Shown: positions 10,402 through 20,011 of the stretch, piece by piece
Numbering within the stretch: the first letter of the stretch is position 1
Layout of the letters: each line of letters starts with the position of its first letter
Source: an uncultured Haloferula sp.
GTDB lineage: Bacteria; Verrucomicrobiota; Verrucomicrobiia; Verrucomicrobiales; Akkermansiaceae
NCBI GenBank assembly: GCA_965652295.1
Contig: CBFGTS010000001.1
Span: 32,001-96,000 of the forward strand
DNA length: 64,000 nt
Direction of reading: 5' to 3'
Notes under the pieces: model-generated
The model's input: the letters and a program-made list of their open reading frames with translations, nothing else
What the model was told of the DNA's origin: nothing
Database searches by the model: none
Program-made: the position numbers and the translations under genes

Positions 10402-11265
10402 TCACTCCTCCTCCGCCGGCGCGTCGTCGGGGTCCTCCGCCGGGGCTTCCGTGGCCGGGTCCTCGGGGGCGAGCGTCGCCATCCACGCATCGAACAGTTC
10501 CTTCCTGGCGGCCGCGATGGCTTCCACTTCCCGGGGCTCGAGGAAAACCGGCAGCACCTTCTTCAGGCCGTCATCGATTTTCTTCCACTCCTCCTCGAAC
10601 CGCTCCGGGGCCGTCCCGGTGGCATGGAAAGGCAGCGCCTCGGGTGAATTCCAGTCCATGCCGCCGATCGTCATGCGGATCTGGTGGAGCGCCTCGATGA
10701 AGCGGGCTTCCTTGGTTTTCGTCAGCGTCGCGCCCTGCACCGAGAGATACGGCGCCAGTTGACGATAGAGGTCGCGGTCGGGCTGCATGGAAAGCCCTGC
10801 CCGCAGCGCGGCGAGATCGTCCTCGTTCTGGAAAAATTCCCGCAAGGCCGTGTCGGTCTCCTCCTCGGCTTCGCGCATCCGGGTTTCATACGCCATCCGC
10901 TCGCCCACCGGTGCGGCCAGCCACGCCGCGGCCAGTTCCTGCTGCTGCATGCGGAGGCCGGAGATCAGGCCATCGACGTAGACCTGCTCGGTGGAGTTCA
11001 GCCCGAGATCGAGGTAGAGATCAGCGCGATCGCTTGTCGCCAGTGCCTGGATCTGTTCGTCGGTCGGCTCGGGGAAATCGGGCGGAAGCTGACGGCTGGC
11101 GGCGACCTCCGGAGCCGGCGGCTCTGCCATGGCATCGACCTCGGCCGCGCGCAGCGAGCGCAGGTCTTCGAGTTCGATGCGAAGGTTCCGGATCCGCGTT
11201 TCCTCGACCACCACGGTCGCGAGCACGGCGATGACAACGAGCGAAAGGGTGGCGGCAGGCTTCAT
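10402..11265 (-). CDS. Hypothetical membrane-anchored helical protein
   Basis: Start at MKPAATLSLVVIAVLATVVV (TM helix), then coiled-coil and acidic tail. Confidence 0.65.
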   Translation of the reverse strand: MKPAATLSLVVIAVLATVVVEETRIRNLRIELEDLRSLRAAEVDAMAEPPAPEVAASRQLPPDFPEPTDEQIQALATSDRADLYLDLGLNSTEQVYVDGLISGLRMQQQELAAAWLAAPVGERMAYETRMREAEEETDTALREFFQNEDDLAALRAGLSMQPDRDLYRQLAPYLSVQGATLTKTKEARFIEALHQIRMTIGGMDWNSPEALPFHATGTAPERFEEEWKKIDDGLKKVLPVFLEPREVEAIAAARKELFDAWMATLAPEDPATEAPAEDPDDAPAEEE

Positions 11266-11531
11266 GAACGGGCGCAGGTTGCCGTAATCCGCGGGGGACT
11301 GCAAGCCGCCGCGGAAAGGCTGGGGCGAGAACCCGGCAGGAGTGGCGAGTAACGGGGAAAAAGGAGAAAGTGGCAAGGCGAGCGGCCGGGCGATCAAGGC
11401 TCAGGTAGTGTGCCCGGATCTTTATCCTGCCTATCCTATGGATTCCCTCCCGGCTTGATCACCCCGCGTGCCGGGGCGGTGGAATTCTCTTGTGTTGTGT
11501 TAGGGAACGAATAGTTGAAATCCATCATCCA

Positions 11532-12161
11532 ATGAAAAAAGTCCTTTCGGGGGTCCTCCTCCTCATGACGTGGGCGAATTCGGCTCCCGCTGCCATTGTT
11601 CACAGCGGGTTACAAAACCTGTCGGTCTCGGCAGTGGACCTCGAAGGGGTTTATATCAACTTCGAAACGGGTGAGATCGCGGCCCTGTTTCCCGATGACT
11701 TCTACGAGAAACCCTGGATCAACATCACCTTGGGAGGCTATGGGATTTTCAACGCCGATGTCCTGCGGCCCATCGCGGTGACGGGCGGGGCGAGCTACGA
11801 TCCGGATGCGTTGACGGATCACTACGTCAACGTTCCCGAGAGGACGACGATCGATGTGTCATCCCTGTTCGTCGTGGATGGCTGGGCCTCCCAGAACCAC
11901 ATCGGCAGTTCCGGCGATCCCGACAAGTTCGTGGTGGGCGAAGCGGGGTTCCTCGCCTTCGTGTTCACGAACACGGACAGCTCGACCACCCACTACGGTT
12001 GGTTGCAGTTCGTTCCCGGGAACGATTCGGGAACGATCGTGGACTGGGCATTTGAAGATGTGCCGGACGCGTCGATCCAGGTCGGGGCGGTTCCCGAGCC
12101 ATCGATGCTTTTCACTGCGGCGCTGTCGGTGGCGGGCCTGCTTTCCAGACGCAGGCGTTGA
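11532..12161 (+). CDS. PEP-CTERM sorting-domain surface protein
   Basis: Signal peptide MKKVLSGVLLLMTWANSAPA; C-terminal VPEPS-hydrophobic-RRRR; HYGW motif. Confidence 0.9.
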   Translation: MKKVLSGVLLLMTWANSAPAAIVHSGLQNLSVSAVDLEGVYINFETGEIAALFPDDFYEKPWINITLGGYGIFNADVLRPIAVTGGASYDPDALTDHYVNVPERTTIDVSSLFVVDGWASQNHIGSSGDPDKFVVGEAGFLAFVFTNTDSSTTHYGWLQFVPGNDSGTIVDWAFEDVPDASIQVGAVPEPSMLFTAALSVAGLLSRRRR

Positions 12162-12175
12162 GCCCCGTCATTTTT

Positions 12176-12305
12176 GGAGGGGGGACGCCCTCGTCCCCCA
12201 ACAGAGGCGCCGGCCTCCGGTGTTGGTGAAACGAAGCACCTCCCGCTGCCGGCCTCATCGGCCCTCCGTGCTGCAAGGGCTGCGGCACGAGGGCGTGCCG
12301 CCTCC
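12176..12305. repeat. Inverted pair of GGAG-type REP-like palindromes (family B)
   Basis: GGAG-GGGGG-ACG-CCCT-CGT-CCCCC at 12176-12199 (+) and GGAG-GCGGC-ACG-CCCT-CGT-GCCGC at 12305-12282 (-); third copy at 41272. Confidence 0.75.
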
Positions 12306-14605
12306 TATTTCTTCTTCGCCTGGCCCATCGCCTGGCTGAACCAGTCGTTGCCACCGGCGGAGGGAGGACGCGGGTCGCGGCGTGGCGGGCGCGGGCCCCG
12401 ATCATTACCACCCCCGCCGTTGGAACGGCGGGGTTCCATGTCGGGCGCGGATTTCATCGAAAGCGAGATCCGGTTCCGCGGGATGTCCACCTCAAGCACG
12501 GTGACGTTCACCTTCTGCCCGACTTTCACGACCTCGGCCGGGTCGCGCACGAAATTGTCGGAAAGCTGGCTGACGTGGACCAGCCCGTCCTGGTGGACGC
12601 CGACATCGACGAAGGCACCGAAGGCGGCGACGTTGGTGACGATGCCGGGAAGCTTCATCCCGGGCGAGAGATCGGAGGGCTTCTCGACGCCTTCGGCGAA
12701 AGAAAATGCCTCGAACTGCTTCCGCGGGTCGCGGCCGGGCTTGGCCAGCTCGGCGAGGATGTCTTGGAGCGTCGGCAGCCCGACCTCCTCATCGACATAC
12801 TTCTTCAAATCGATCTTCTTCCGCAACTCGGCGCTGGTCAGCAGGTCGGCGACTTCACAGCCGAGATCCGCGGCCATTTTCTCGACCAGTCCGTAACGTT
12901 CCGGGTGGACCGCGGAGGCGTCGAGCGGGTGTTCGCCATCGCGCACGCGGAGGAAACCGGCGGCCTGCTCGAAAGCTTTTTCGCCGAGCCGCGGGACGCT
13001 TTTCAGCTCGGCGCGCGATTTGAACCCGCCCTTCTCGGTGCGGAAGGCGACGATGTTCTCGGCGAGCGTCGCGTTCAGTCCGGAAACGTAGGCGAGGAGC
13101 TGCTTGGAGGCGGTGTTCAGCTCGACACCGACGGCGTTCACCGCGCTTTCCACGGTGTCGTCGAGGCTGGTCTTCAGCAGGCGCTGATCCACATCGTGCT
13201 GGTACTGGCCGACGCCGATCGACTTCGGATCGATCTTCACCAGCTCGGCGAGCGGGTCCATGAGCCGGCGGCCGATCGAAACCGCGCCGCGCACGGTGAC
13301 GTCCTCGTTGGGAAACTCCTCGCGGGCGGCCTCCGAAGCGGAGTAGATCGAGGCGCCGGATTCGTTGACCATGATGATCTGGATCGAGGCGGGCAGCTTG
13401 AGCTTGCGGACGAAGGTCTCCGTCTCGCGGCTGGCGGTGCCGTTGCCGATCGCGATGGCTTCGATCTTGTATTGGCCGACCAGCTTGGTGAGTTCCACGG
13501 CGGCCTCGTAAAGCTGGTTGTTCGAGCCGGCGGTGGCGTGGAGCACGGTGTGGTGGAGCAGCGCGCCCTGGGCGTCGAGCACGACGGTCTTGCAGCCGGT
13601 GCGGAAGCCGGGGTCGATCGCGAGCGTGCGCTTGCGGCCGAGCGGCGAGGCGAGGAGCAGTTCGCGGAGGTTGTCGGCGAAGACGCGGATCGCGGTTTCA
13701 TCGGCGGCCTTCTTCCCGGCGAGACGCATTTCGGTTTCCATCGAGGGCATCAGCAGGCGCTTGCAGCCGTCCTCGACCGCCTGGCGGACCTGCTCGCCGG
13801 CGGGGCCGGTGGTTTTCACCCAGTCAGGGATCGCCTCGTTGGCGACGCGGTCGAGCGGGACATCGACCCGCATGATCAGGAAGGCTTCCTTTTCGCCGCG
13901 GCGGATTGCCAGCATGCGGTGGGACGGGATGGTCTTGAAGGGCTCGCTCCAGTCGAAGTAGTCGCGGTATTTCGCGGCGTCCTTGTCCTCGTCCTTTCCA
14001 TACATCACACGGGAGGAAACGGTGGCCTCGCTTTCGTAAATGCGGCGCACGCGGCCGCGCAGGTCGGCATCGTCCGCCACGCGCTCGGCGATGATGTCGC
14101 GCGCGCCGGCGAGCGCTTCCCCGGCATCGGCCACCTCCTTTTCGGCGCCGACGTATTTCGCGGCCTCCTCGGCGGGGTCGGCGCTCTGGTTTTCCAGCAG
14201 CCAGTCGGCGAGCGGTTCGAGGCCCTTTTCCTTCGCCTTGGTCGCGCGCGTCTGGCGCTTCGGGCGGAAGGGGGCGAAGATGTCCTCCAGCTTCGCCATC
14301 GTGTCGGCGGCGGCGAGTTTCTTCTTCAGCTCGTCGGTGAGCAGGCTGCGTTCTTCGAGCGACTTGAGGATGGAAACGCGGCGGCCGTCGAGTTCGGCGA
14401 GCTGCACCATGCGGTCGCGGACGGCCTGGATCTGGACTTCGTCGAGCGAGCCGGTGGCTTCCTTGCGGTAGCGGGAAATGAAGGGGACGGTGGCGCCTTC
14501 CGCGAGCAGCTTGGCGGTCGAGGCGACCGAGTTGACGTGGATGCCGGTCTCGGCGGCGATCTTGGCGATGTGGGCGGCGGCGGCTTGGGTCGGGACGTCG
14601 GACAT
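12305..14605 (-). CDS. tex: Tex family RNA-binding transcription accessory protein
   Basis: GATVPFISRYRKEATGSLDE; IDPGFRTGCK; VNESGASIYSAS; DPKSIGVGQYQHDV; C-terminal S1 domain. Confidence 0.97.
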   Translation of the reverse strand: MSDVPTQAAAAHIAKIAAETGIHVNSVASTAKLLAEGATVPFISRYRKEATGSLDEVQIQAVRDRMVQLAELDGRRVSILKSLEERSLLTDELKKKLAAADTMAKLEDIFAPFRPKRQTRATKAKEKGLEPLADWLLENQSADPAEEAAKYVGAEKEVADAGEALAGARDIIAERVADDADLRGRVRRIYESEATVSSRVMYGKDEDKDAAKYRDYFDWSEPFKTIPSHRMLAIRRGEKEAFLIMRVDVPLDRVANEAIPDWVKTTGPAGEQVRQAVEDGCKRLLMPSMETEMRLAGKKAADETAIRVFADNLRELLLASPLGRKRTLAIDPGFRTGCKTVVLDAQGALLHHTVLHATAGSNNQLYEAAVELTKLVGQYKIEAIAIGNGTASRETETFVRKLKLPASIQIIMVNESGASIYSASEAAREEFPNEDVTVRGAVSIGRRLMDPLAELVKIDPKSIGVGQYQHDVDQRLLKTSLDDTVESAVNAVGVELNTASKQLLAYVSGLNATLAENIVAFRTEKGGFKSRAELKSVPRLGEKAFEQAAGFLRVRDGEHPLDASAVHPERYGLVEKMAADLGCEVADLLTSAELRKKIDLKKYVDEEVGLPTLQDILAELAKPGRDPRKQFEAFSFAEGVEKPSDLSPGMKLPGIVTNVAAFGAFVDVGVHQDGLVHVSQLSDNFVRDPAEVVKVGQKVNVTVLEVDIPRNRISLSMKSAPDMEPRRSNGGGGNDRGPRPPRRDPRPPSAGGNDWFSQAMGQAKKK

Positions 14606-14661
14606 GGGTGTGGGCGGGAAACTAGGCAGGCCGCGTCCGGCGTGGCAAGCGGTGGGGGGTG

Positions 14662-14715
14662 GGAACGCGAGCTTCAGCTCGCCCGGCCATATGAGCGAGC
14701 TGAAGCTCGCGTTCC
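14662..14715. repeat. REP doublet (REPIN) copy 1, family A
   Basis: GGAACGCGAGCTTCAGCTCGC - 12-nt spacer - GCGAGCTGAAGCTCGCGTTCC. Confidence 0.92.
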
Positions 14716-14717
14716 AA

Positions 14718-15326
14718 TCATGGATCGGGCTGCCACGCCACTCCGGCAGAGGAGAAAGGCCAGTCGGCGGGCTCGGTGCAGAGGCTTGCTTTGACCGGAT
14801 TGTCCCGGATGTAGCACTTGGCGCGGTGGTAGTGCTGTTCGTTGCGGATAAAGCGGTCGAAGAAATCGCGGGACCAGAGCGGCCCTTCGCGGCCGAGAAC
14901 CCGGTTGATCTTGAACGACGAGCTGCCTTTCCAGCGGTGGGTGATGTCGCCCAGGCGATGACCGTCCGTCACGCGGATCATGACGTGAACGTGGTTGGGC
15001 ATGATGCACCAGTCGTGGAGGCGGTAGCTCTTGCCGTGATCCTGGATCAGGATTTCCTGAACCACGCCGGCAGCCTCGGGTAGGGCGAGGATGCAGCTTC
15101 CGCGGCCCGCGTCCTCGTACTTCGCGATGCGGCGGTGGAGCTGAAGGATGGCTTCGTTGCGAAGGGTGGTATCGCGTGAGTCCAATTCGACAGCAAGCTC
15201 CTTGCGCCACTTGAGGATGACTTCCTTGGGGACGGAATCGGCCAGGCGGAAAGTGATCGCCTGGAGCGAGTTGGCGTAATCGCGGTGGGGAAGATAGCCG
15301 CGGGTGTAGGTGCCACGATGGTCCAT
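14718..15326 (-). mobile_element. rayT: REP-associated tyrosine transposase (RAYT, Y1/HUH family)
   Basis: GYLPH..ITFRLADS; WCIMPNHVH (HUH); WKGSSS; W.RDFFDRFIR; catalytic YIRDNPVKA..WPFSSA; flanked on both sides by REP doublets. Confidence 0.92.
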
Positions 15327-15338
15327 GATCTGCGGGAA

Positions 15339-15396
15339 TTGGAACGCGAGCTTCAGCTCGCCCGTGGATGGTAGCGAGCTGAAGCTCGCGTTCCAA
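15339..15396. repeat. REP doublet (REPIN) copy 2, family A
   Basis: TTGGAACGCGAGCTTCAGCTCGC - ccgtggatggta - GCGAGCTGAAGCTCGCGTTCCAA. Confidence 0.92.
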
Positions 15397-15507
15397 TGCG
15401 GATGACACCAGGCCCGGATGATCGGAGTGAAAAGTGGGCTTCAGCCGACACCTGCGTGGCGCGCTCCGGCGTTGTCTGCGGAAGACGGCGGTCCGATAGT
15501 GGGAGCC

Positions 15508-16245
15508 ATGCAGGAGCAACCGCCGCCGGGATCCGATGAGTGGGTGAAGGAGAGACCCGACAGGGTGAGAGGGGGCACGAGCAGGAGAAGCTTCATCGCG
15601 ATGTGCGTGGTCGGGGTAGTGGCGGTTTTGTTCTGCGGGGCGGTGATTTTCTCATCGCTGGTGGTCCGCCATGGCCGGCGGGACCACGACAAACATCAAG
15701 CGATCAACAATGCCAAGCAGGTGGGGATGTATTTGTTGGAGTTCGACATGGAGTTCGGCTCGTTTCCCGGCGACAACACCGCCGCGGATGTGGTGAAAGC
15801 TACGGGCAGCACCCTGGACTTTTCCGATGGCAGCTCGAACGCAGCCTTCCGCCAGTTGATCGCCTATGGTTGTGACAACGAGGGCATCTTTCACGTTCGA
15901 CACCCCGAGACCGCGACCCGCCGACCGGACTGGAGGATCGACGGAGCCCATGCCTTGGAAAGCGGGGAGGTGGGCTTCAGCTATGTTCACGGGCTGGACT
16001 CCAGCTGCCCCGTGGAAACGCCCGTCTTGCTCACCCCGATGAACTCGGGGAGCCATGACCGGTTCTGGGCGACGGAATTGTTCAAGAAGCAGGCCATCGT
16101 GCTTCGTGCCGACAATTCGATTTTGATGGCCCCCGTCCGCACGTCTGACCAGAAGGCGGTGGATGAGGTGGGGGTGCCCGTTCTCGATGTCTCCCAGTCC
16201 TATCTCGGCGGCAAATGGCCGGACATCCGCCATCCAGAGTTTTAG
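15508..16245 (+). CDS. Membrane-anchored pseudopilin-like hypothetical protein
   Basis: TM helix followed by AINNAKQVGMYLLEFDMEFGSFP, resembling verrucomicrobial type II secretion/pilin-like proteins; GGAG RBS before ATG 15508. Confidence 0.65.
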   Translation: MQEQPPPGSDEWVKERPDRVRGGTSRRSFIAMCVVGVVAVLFCGAVIFSSLVVRHGRRDHDKHQAINNAKQVGMYLLEFDMEFGSFPGDNTAADVVKATGSTLDFSDGSSNAAFRQLIAYGCDNEGIFHVRHPETATRRPDWRIDGAHALESGEVGFSYVHGLDSSCPVETPVLLTPMNSGSHDRFWATELFKKQAIVLRADNSILMAPVRTSDQKAVDEVGVPVLDVSQSYLGGKWPDIRHPEF

Positions 16246-16281
16246 TGGAAACGGGAGCGCGGAGCAAGCGGCGGGGGGCTT

Positions 16282-16335
16282 GGAACGCGAGCTTCAGTTC
16301 GCCCATGTGGCCGGGCGAGCTGAAGCTCGCGTTCC
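16282..16335. repeat. REP doublet (REPIN) copy 3, family A
   Basis: GGAACGCGAGCTTCAGTTCGC - ccatgtggccgg - GCGAGCTGAAGCTCGCGTTCC. Confidence 0.9.
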
Positions 16336-16384
16336 CATGCCGGATTTCACCGCGAAGCCCAACGCTTCGCCCTCCCTCAAACGC

Positions 16385-16870
16385 TCAGTCATCCGGGCCG
16401 AAGTAAGACGTCTCCCTTCCCTCCGCATCGACACAGAGGCGCTGCGGTTTGAGGAAGCGTTTGCCGCTCTCCGGATAGCTGCACACATCCTCTCGCGGAT
16501 GGTCCGCCACCAGCAGATAGCGCAGGTCCGTCTCTCCCGTGTTCTCCAGCCGGTGTGCCTCGCCCGGTCCGCAGAAGATCACGTCTCCCGCTGACACCGG
16601 CCGCCGCGCGCCGTCGCTGCCGTGCATCACCCCGCAGCCTTCGAGGAGCAGGTAAAGCTCGGACTGGGCCGAGTGGTGGTGCAGCGGAAAATTCGACCTC
16701 CCCGCCGGAAGCCGGGCCAGCTCCAGATCGAAGGGATGTCCACCGCCCCAGGTCCCCACGTCCTTGAGCCCGCCCACCGCCCCACTCAGCCATTTTCGGA
16801 ACAGGAGGAACCGTCCTCCCGGCGAGCCCCACCGCTCCTCCTCAATGCTGTCCAGGTTCACCTGTTTCAT
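16385..16870 (-). CDS. Cupin domain protein
   Basis: FPLHHHSAQSELYLLLEG and GDVIFCGPGEAHRLEN cupin motifs; CSYPESGK; start at MKQVNLD. Confidence 0.88.
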   Translation of the reverse strand: MKQVNLDSIEEERWGSPGGRFLLFRKWLSGAVGGLKDVGTWGGGHPFDLELARLPAGRSNFPLHHHSAQSELYLLLEGCGVMHGSDGARRPVSAGDVIFCGPGEAHRLENTGETDLRYLLVADHPREDVCSYPESGKRFLKPQRLCVDAEGRETSYFGPDD

Positions 16871-16910
16871 CGTTCCATCCTGCCACCGCTTCCCCGGGGT
16901 GAACAGATAC

Positions 16911-16976
16911 AGATGGGAGATCGAGGATGGAGGATCGTGGATCGCAGCCCGAAAGAGCCTTCCAAGTTCGCAACCC
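16911..16976 (+). repeat. Heptamer tract plus 38-bp core, left copy of an inverted repeat
   Basis: AGATGGG AGATCGA GGATGGA GGATCGT GGATCGC then AGCCCGAAAGAGCCTTCCAAGTTCGCAACCC; reverse-complement match at 20012-20091. Confidence 0.8.
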
Positions 16977-17268
16977 CGCAAGAGCCCTCTCCTCCTCGAT
17001 AGAAAGCCCAACCGGCACTCGGCCGCAGGCGAAAAGGAGCGGCGGGCATCGACCGCCGGGCAGGGTCCCCTCGCGGCCTTTCCCCCCCCCCAAGCACCCC
17101 GGGCCGGATGCCCAGGCGGTCCTGCATCAGATCTGCTGGCGCCTGAATTGCATCGATGATTTGCCATGCTCCGAAGAGCGCGTCCAGCTACACGGAGCAG
17201 GTAACCCGCTCGCCCCTTTAAGCAGCAATTTGAATCGAATTCCTCCTATCGAACGAACCGCAAACACA

Positions 17269-18249
17269 TCAAATCGCCGCTTTAAGAAAAATTTGCGTCC
17301 GGTGGTAGTCGAGGAAGTGACGCTGGTCCCCGTTAAAGCGTCCGACAAAAAAGGGCCGATCGACCCTCACTCCCATCTTTTCTACCGAGTCTTTGTCGGC
17401 CACGGGCGAAAGGAGCACCTCCCCGTCGTCGGCGAAGGAAATGAACCCGCGATCAAAGAGATGGTCAATTGAGGGGGTTAGCATCAGCCCGTTGCCTCCA
17501 CTGAGCCGCTCGTCATCCGTCGATTCTCGCCATGGCTTAATGTGACTGGCGACGAGATGAGCCGTATTCCGGACGTGGGTGATTCGGCATTCATGCTCGA
17601 AACGGTGCACATCATGCCGGAACCTCCCCTGGCCTTTCCGTGCCGAAACGAGAGCTTTCCTGGTTGTCTCTGGCAAATCGGTCCGGGCAAGGATCAAAGC
17701 TTGAATTTGTTCTTCCCAGTCAAAAAGGGCATTTGGCTCATCGATGCAAATTGGGCTTTCCTCCTGAAGCGTCCTGTCGAGCTCCACAAGGGCGAGGAGT
17801 CCGGGCTCCGCGAGCTGGATAAGGGTCACTGCGAGAGACCGGGGAATCTCTGAGAGGTAGGCACCTTGGTTTCCATGCCCATTTTTTTGGATCGGTGAAT
17901 ACTGTTTGGGTAGCAGATGGACGATCCTCCTGATCACACCCTTGACCCGCAAAGGCTGACGAAATTGCTGAAACGCAACATCCACTCGCCAGCCAAGATC
18001 ATTCCAGGCATCGCCGATCTTACCAAATTCGCCGGGCTTGGGACACGAGTAGCAAGTGATCTTGGCTGGCCCAACCGCTTGGAGTTGGGCGAAGGCGAAA
18101 GAGAAAATCAGGTCGCCCTGCCGAACTTCGCGCAATGTCTCGTAGTAGTGATTCCGGCGACCGTTTTTCTTCACTTTGGGACACCAAATGTAGCCGCTTC
18201 CCACCTCGTGATGGAACGTCTGCCTGTGATTGACCCACCAGAATCGCAT
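17269..18249 (-). CDS. EVE/PUA-like + HNH endonuclease, putative modification-dependent (type IV) restriction enzyme
   Basis: N-terminal FWWVNHRQT..GYIWCPK..GDLIFSF..GNQGAYL; C-terminal ARKGQGRFR..CRIT..ASHIKPW..NGLMLTPSIDHLFDRGFISF (HNH_2); visibly lower GC than its neighbours. Confidence 0.85.
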   Translation of the reverse strand: MRFWWVNHRQTFHHEVGSGYIWCPKVKKNGRRNHYYETLREVRQGDLIFSFAFAQLQAVGPAKITCYSCPKPGEFGKIGDAWNDLGWRVDVAFQQFRQPLRVKGVIRRIVHLLPKQYSPIQKNGHGNQGAYLSEIPRSLAVTLIQLAEPGLLALVELDRTLQEESPICIDEPNALFDWEEQIQALILARTDLPETTRKALVSARKGQGRFRHDVHRFEHECRITHVRNTAHLVASHIKPWRESTDDERLSGGNGLMLTPSIDHLFDRGFISFADDGEVLLSPVADKDSVEKMGVRVDRPFFVGRFNGDQRHFLDYHRTQIFLKAAI

Positions 18250-18513
18250 TGAATTGGCTGATATCAAACTCTGGGACGCGGATTGGCAATCCCAAGAAAT
18301 CGTAGATGGCGCGGGCCTTGACTCTGAATCGTCGGCTGGCGCTCAGGACCACGTCACAAAAGCTTCCATATCCCATGGGTCTACTGTCGTTTAGGATGTT
18401 TTGGATCTGCTGGCCCGGCTCAGAGGGCACGACGGAGTAGAATGGAAATTTCGAAACGCGGCGAAGGCGGAAACGGGAGCGTTGCGGGGGGCTGTGGATG
18501 CCTATAAGCCCCT

Positions 18514-19764
18514 TCAAACAGCAGAAGACTTTGCAACAGGAACGCACGCTTGATGCAGAGCCCCTTCCAGAGCTTGTAGATCGTTCATGCCTGTCACCGG
18601 AACCCGGATGAGCGGAACGAGAGTGTGGCGGAAGAGGGCATTGAGGAAATCGTCGCGCTCGATGCGGTCAGGGCGTTGATGGCTCGCGTCGTCGAGTTCA
18701 ATGGCGGCGAGAATCCGGCTGGTGGAGCGCTCGGTGAGGACGAAGTCCAAGTGTTTACAGGAAATCCGATTGAAGCGGGATTGAAAGCCGGGGACGTGCG
18801 CGAGGTGGAACAAATCAGCGAGGCGGACTTTGCAGGAGATGGAGATGCCGGACGGGAGGAGGGTTTCTAGCGTGTCCAGAAACCGATGTTCGGTGGGCGA
18901 GTTCAGCAACGTCTTGGTGGAGATCCCACGGAAATCGTAGGCGTCGGACTTCTCCACCTCTGCGGGAAGGGGAGGTGGGGTGGGTGATGGGCGACGGGTA
19001 CAAGGTGGGTCTGGTTTGAGCCGGCGGAGGCCGAAGATGACAAGGGCCAGGGCAAGTCCGAGGCCGGAGGCGACGAGGAGGGGGCGAAGTCCATGAACGA
19101 AGGAGCGGGTGATTTTGTCGGCGGAGGGCGTCTGCGGGGGACGTGACGGTGGAACGGGGGCCTCGGCGCGGCGGGTGGAAGCCTGAGGTAGGGTGTTCGC
19201 CGGCGAACGAGCAGGCGGGATGCGCTGGGGCTCGGCTGAGGCGGCTTTCGAGGGGAGAATCTTCGACGGAATGACAAGTGGGCGATCGTTGACCGGACGC
19301 AGATAGGTCGAGGCAAACGAGGACGCGGTCCATTGTCCCGAACGTTGTTCGACGCGGACCGTGGGTGGGAGGCCGAGCGGGAGGCCGCTCTGCCATGGAC
19401 CCCAGAGGGAGTCCTTGCCCTGTCGGCGGTAGGCGGCGGCATCCACGTGGATGAGAATCCGCTGTTGGATGCCATTGGCGCGATCGGCCTCTGACAAGGC
19501 GTCGAGGGTGAGAAGGGAGAAATGTAGCCCTTTGACCTCCGTCCACAGCGAGCTGCCCGCGACGGTTGCGCAGCAGAAGTTCTCCCCGTATTTGCGGAGA
19601 AAGGGTGAGAGGTGGAGTGTGGCGGCATCAATGGCTTCCTTTGCCGTTCTTTCGGGGATGGGCTGTGTCAACGCCGCTGCTTTTCGAAGCCCGAGGAAAA
19701 CCGGATTCTCTGCCCTCACCGTGACGGCGGTAAGAAAGAGGAAGAAGATGAAAGCAAGGCGCAT
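18514..19764 (-). CDS. Exported/TM protein with C-terminal DUF2726 domain
   Basis: Signal peptide, Pro-rich linker, TM helix, then LLNSPTEHRF..KVRLADL..KHLDFVL..AIELDDASH..RDDF. Confidence 0.8.
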   Translation of the reverse strand: MRLAFIFFLFLTAVTVRAENPVFLGLRKAAALTQPIPERTAKEAIDAATLHLSPFLRKYGENFCCATVAGSSLWTEVKGLHFSLLTLDALSEADRANGIQQRILIHVDAAAYRRQGKDSLWGPWQSGLPLGLPPTVRVEQRSGQWTASSFASTYLRPVNDRPLVIPSKILPSKAASAEPQRIPPARSPANTLPQASTRRAEAPVPPSRPPQTPSADKITRSFVHGLRPLLVASGLGLALALVIFGLRRLKPDPPCTRRPSPTPPPLPAEVEKSDAYDFRGISTKTLLNSPTEHRFLDTLETLLPSGISISCKVRLADLFHLAHVPGFQSRFNRISCKHLDFVLTERSTSRILAAIELDDASHQRPDRIERDDFLNALFRHTLVPLIRVPVTGMNDLQALEGALHQACVPVAKSSAV

Positions 19765-19985
19765 GACGGGATGATGATAGGTCATGCTGCTCGCGGGTGG
19801 TCTTACGTGAAGGAGGGGCGGAAAGAAGGAACGACGTCAGTTGTCAGCGGGAGCCGGGGTCGCCTGTCTGGTGCTTGGTCGAGAGGCAGGAGCGAACGTT
19901 TGGGTTCCTTATTCGATCTGCCGTCGGCCATCTGCTTCGCGACCTTGGCGGTGCGTCGATTGCCGGGGGTGCAGGGACAGTGAAA

Positions 19986-20005
19986 CCGCCTGAAGGCGGA
20001 ACTAC
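19986..20005 (-). repeat. Single GTAG-type REP-like palindrome (family C)
   Basis: Minus strand GTAG-TT-CCGCC-TTCA-GGCGG. Confidence 0.55.
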
Positions 20006-20011
20006 ATACGC

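Noticed and set aside
12575..14794. 739-aa + strand ORF and similar long antisense ORFs (5213..6823, 27326..29602, 43027..46026)
   Set aside because: Antisense shadows of well-supported genes, expected in high-GC DNA
14718..15326. IS200/IS605 element
   Set aside because: No tnpB, and the flanks are multi-copy REP doublets, which fits RAYT better
14662..16335. REP doublets as a CRISPR array
   Set aside because: Repeats are inverted pairs with 12-nt spacers separated by whole genes; no cas genes; adjacent RAYT explains them
17082..17091. Poly-C run as a phase-variation tract
   Set aside because: Intergenic, about 200 bp upstream of the cupin start, with no evident promoter context
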